In this document: in pieces, positions 61,901-64,000 of the stretch
How positions within the stretch are numbered: position 1 is the stretch's first letter
Layout of the letters: each line of letters opens with the position of its first letter
From: Ascidiella aspersa
Lineage: Eukaryota
Direction of reading: 5' to 3'
DNA: 64,000 bases
Assembly: GCA_963924565.1 (NCBI GenBank)
Contig: OZ004615.1
Location: 8,122,001 to 8,186,000, forward strand
The notes under the pieces: generated by a model
The model's input: the letters and a program-made list of their open reading frames with translations, nothing else
What the model was told of the DNA's origin: nothing
Database searches by the model: none
Program-made: the position numbers and the translations under genes

Positions 61901-64000
61901 CAATCTCCTTCGGTCTTAAGATCCTTCTCTTCGTAACCTTCCATACACGTGATGTTCTTTTCAGCACAAGTATCGCAGACACATTGGTACGATGGGCAGC
62001 AAGGATTGGACGAATTGTAGCCGGCGGGTTGGTTAATGGAAACCTTCATATCTGGTTTTGTGCATGTAGCTTTCGTTTCTTGGTAACCGGAGCAGAGGTT
62101 TTTAAGCTCTTTCATATCATTACTACACAAACATGTGTAGTTTTTGTGACATTTTGTCTCCTCCGCCAGGGTTAGATTCTCACCGGGATAAGTGCAGCTG
62201 GGTTTGGTCTCGGCAGACATGGTTTTGTTGCACTCTAAACAAATATGAATAAATTATGAAATGATAACAAATAATTTCAAAGCGCTTATTCAAATATAGG
62301 GAAATATATTATCCACATGGGTAAACAAACTTCAAAAATACGTTTTTTTGGCATGATACTAATGACTATGGGTCTCCGATGCTTGTCATTTTATTTAGGA
62401 TACCGATATGCGATATTTTACGCAAAAAGTATCGCGATTCTTCCCAAAACCAAATGACGACATTAGTAAGGTTAAAAAAGTAAAATACAAAACTTTAAAC
62501 GTACAATGCTCTTATTGTCCATGTAATTTGCTCAAAATAAACTTTTGTCTTAAAATTTAGGTACCTCTAGCTGTTTAGCTAATATCTTTTGATAAGTGAT
62601 TCTTTTAATGTAAAAAGCATTGCGTTGGATTTGAAATCAAAGCTGAAATCCACAAATTAAGTTAGTATTAGTTAGGCACCGATAACACCCGAGCATCGGA
62701 CGAGCACCAATAATATCACTTGGCTTTTGGCATCAGGTCTTATCCGATATTTTCGGACATCATCCCTATTAATGAATTTAGAATCCTTACCGTACGAAAG
62801 ATATGGCAGTATGGATCCACAATCGACGACTTACCACATGTGTATTTTTGGCAACAAGATGTTGGATCATCGACTTCGTATGCTAATTCGCCTTCTAAAA
62901 CATTACATTTGCTTTCTTGGTATTCGTCCTTCGATTGGCACACTTCAGTGGTTTTGTTGATTTTATAACAACCAAGGTTCGATAGCCGTTCGCTTGTGCA
63001 AAAATTATCTACCTGGCAATTTCCGTCTTTGCTTGTCCAGCGTGAACCAGGCTGCAAACAATTAATTGCATTAAAACTTTTGGGTTTAATAACCTAAATA
63101 GCAATTATATCATTTAAACAGGTTTCAGAATGATTGATTAAAATGATCACTTACACTCTTCAGTTCTTTATCTGCTGTAATGCAATACCGACATTCAATA
63201 GTATAGTTGGAGCAACACGACGTCTGTCCAGTTTCCAGGTTTGGCTGAAACACTTTCTCGTGACCAAGAGGTATGTTGGTGGTGTTATCACTTCTAAGAC
63301 ACAGCTTGTTTAGTTCCGTTTCGTTCTTACACTTGCATTGGAAGGTTCGCGGACAGCATTTGTTGTCCGCCGTGGTCTCCACCTTGGCGTGATAGAAATT
63401 GTTTAGTTCGGATAATAAAAATTAACATAGCACGATATAAATAAACTGTTTAAACAACCACAAAGCAATACACAAACAGTGTAGTTTGTTGAACTGAGTC
63501 AAATTAAATAAACCATGAAAAATAGTAAAATGTTCGTGAAATATAGAATGGAATAGAATTTTCACAATTTAAGTGTTTAACTTACGGTGTCTTGATATAG
63601 CGAACAACTGTCAATGCCGTCCGTTTGATTGCAAGCGCTACGATTACAAATGCACTCTATTTTAGGACAGCATCCTTCATAAAATGTCTCGTTGACGACA
63701 TTTTTTGTATACCAAACTTGACTACAAGTGGATTGAGGAAATTCTGTTTCGCATTTCGAGGAGTCACATTCGCAAACTGTTGACTTGCATCCGCATTCTT
63801 TTGGATATTCATCACTGAAAAATTGTAACAAAATATGAAATTGTAGTTTAAGTTAATGATGAAAAGTACGATATACACTCATAACATTCCTAACTAAAAA
63901 CTTTTGCCAGGAAAGTTATACATTTTGAAACTCACTTGTCAATTACTTTTGGCGACCAAGACTGTTTATCACATGTTTGGTTGGTTTCTGGGCATGAGGG
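49920..64000 (-). CDS. 3' part of a very large Cys-rich secreted vWF/gel-forming-mucin-like glycoprotein with C-terminal cystine knot (5' end outside the window)
   Basis: Phase-compatible exons 63936-64000 (partial), 63586-63814, 63155-63382, 62835-63051, 61614-62234, 60726-61401, 60338-60490, 59988-60216, 59558-59785, 59237-59453, 58013-58636, 57128-57721, 55493-55600, 53557-55169, 52841-53050, 52341-52469, 51975-52026, 51184-51348, 49920-50089. Repeated CCPxYxCxC motifs; CTCK signature CSGSC...CKCCKP...C...SCTC; stop TGA at 49920-49922. Confidence 0.88.
50240..50483. mobile_element. LTR-like insertion (TG...CA) in the last mucin intron
   Basis: Flanked by CTAAC (50235-50239, 50484-50488); absent from the three paralogous introns; homologous to 18776-19019. 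Confidence 0.55.
50629..51047. mobile_element. hAT/Charlie-like MITE
   Basis: TSD GTTTAGAT (50621-50628, 51048-51055); paralogous to 2333-2743. Confidence 0.65.
56069..56280. repeat. Intronic minisatellite, ~60-bp unit, ~3.5 copies
   Basis: Repeated aaaacaactcagtttacagaaaaactcccacaat.ttaattattagaaatgttg. Confidence 0.85.
58267..64000. repeat. Recent intragenic tandem duplication in the mucin-like gene, period ~3598 bp
   Basis: 58267-60402 is near-identical to 61865-64000, introns included. Confidence 0.9.

Overview
AT-rich eukaryotic (invertebrate metazoan, plausibly ascidian; low confidence) genomic DNA with GT-AG introns; all recognisable genes are on the minus strand. The right end (49920-64000) holds 19 phase-compatible exons (~2170 aa) from the 3' part of a giant Cys-rich vWF/gel-forming-mucin-like gene ending in a C-terminal cystine knot (CTCK). 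About 1.6 kb downstream of it begins a four-exon gene for a SAMD9-family STAND NTPase. Its N-terminal SAM/AlbA_2 effector appears to be replaced by a TIR-like domain, and it carries an extra C-terminal Zn ribbon. The block [mucin 3' tail + TIR-SAMD9] is tandemly amplified in ~16-19 kb units. One TIR-SAMD9 copy is intact (24841-30836, ~1404 aa). A second is split by a 208-bp frameshifting deletion into a TIR-only ORF and an intact 1126-aa core. A third is truncated inside the TIR exon, and a fourth runs off the left edge. The duplicated mucin tails are pseudogenised by transposon insertions and deletions. An orphan VWD-C8 mucin segment sits at 4.7-10.8 kb. Several non-autonomous transposons with clear target-site duplications (TSDs) are present: foldback, Merlin-like, hAT-like, an inverted twin tRNA-SINE and a Penelope-like hairpin. 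All domain calls come from motif recognition by eye, not database searches.
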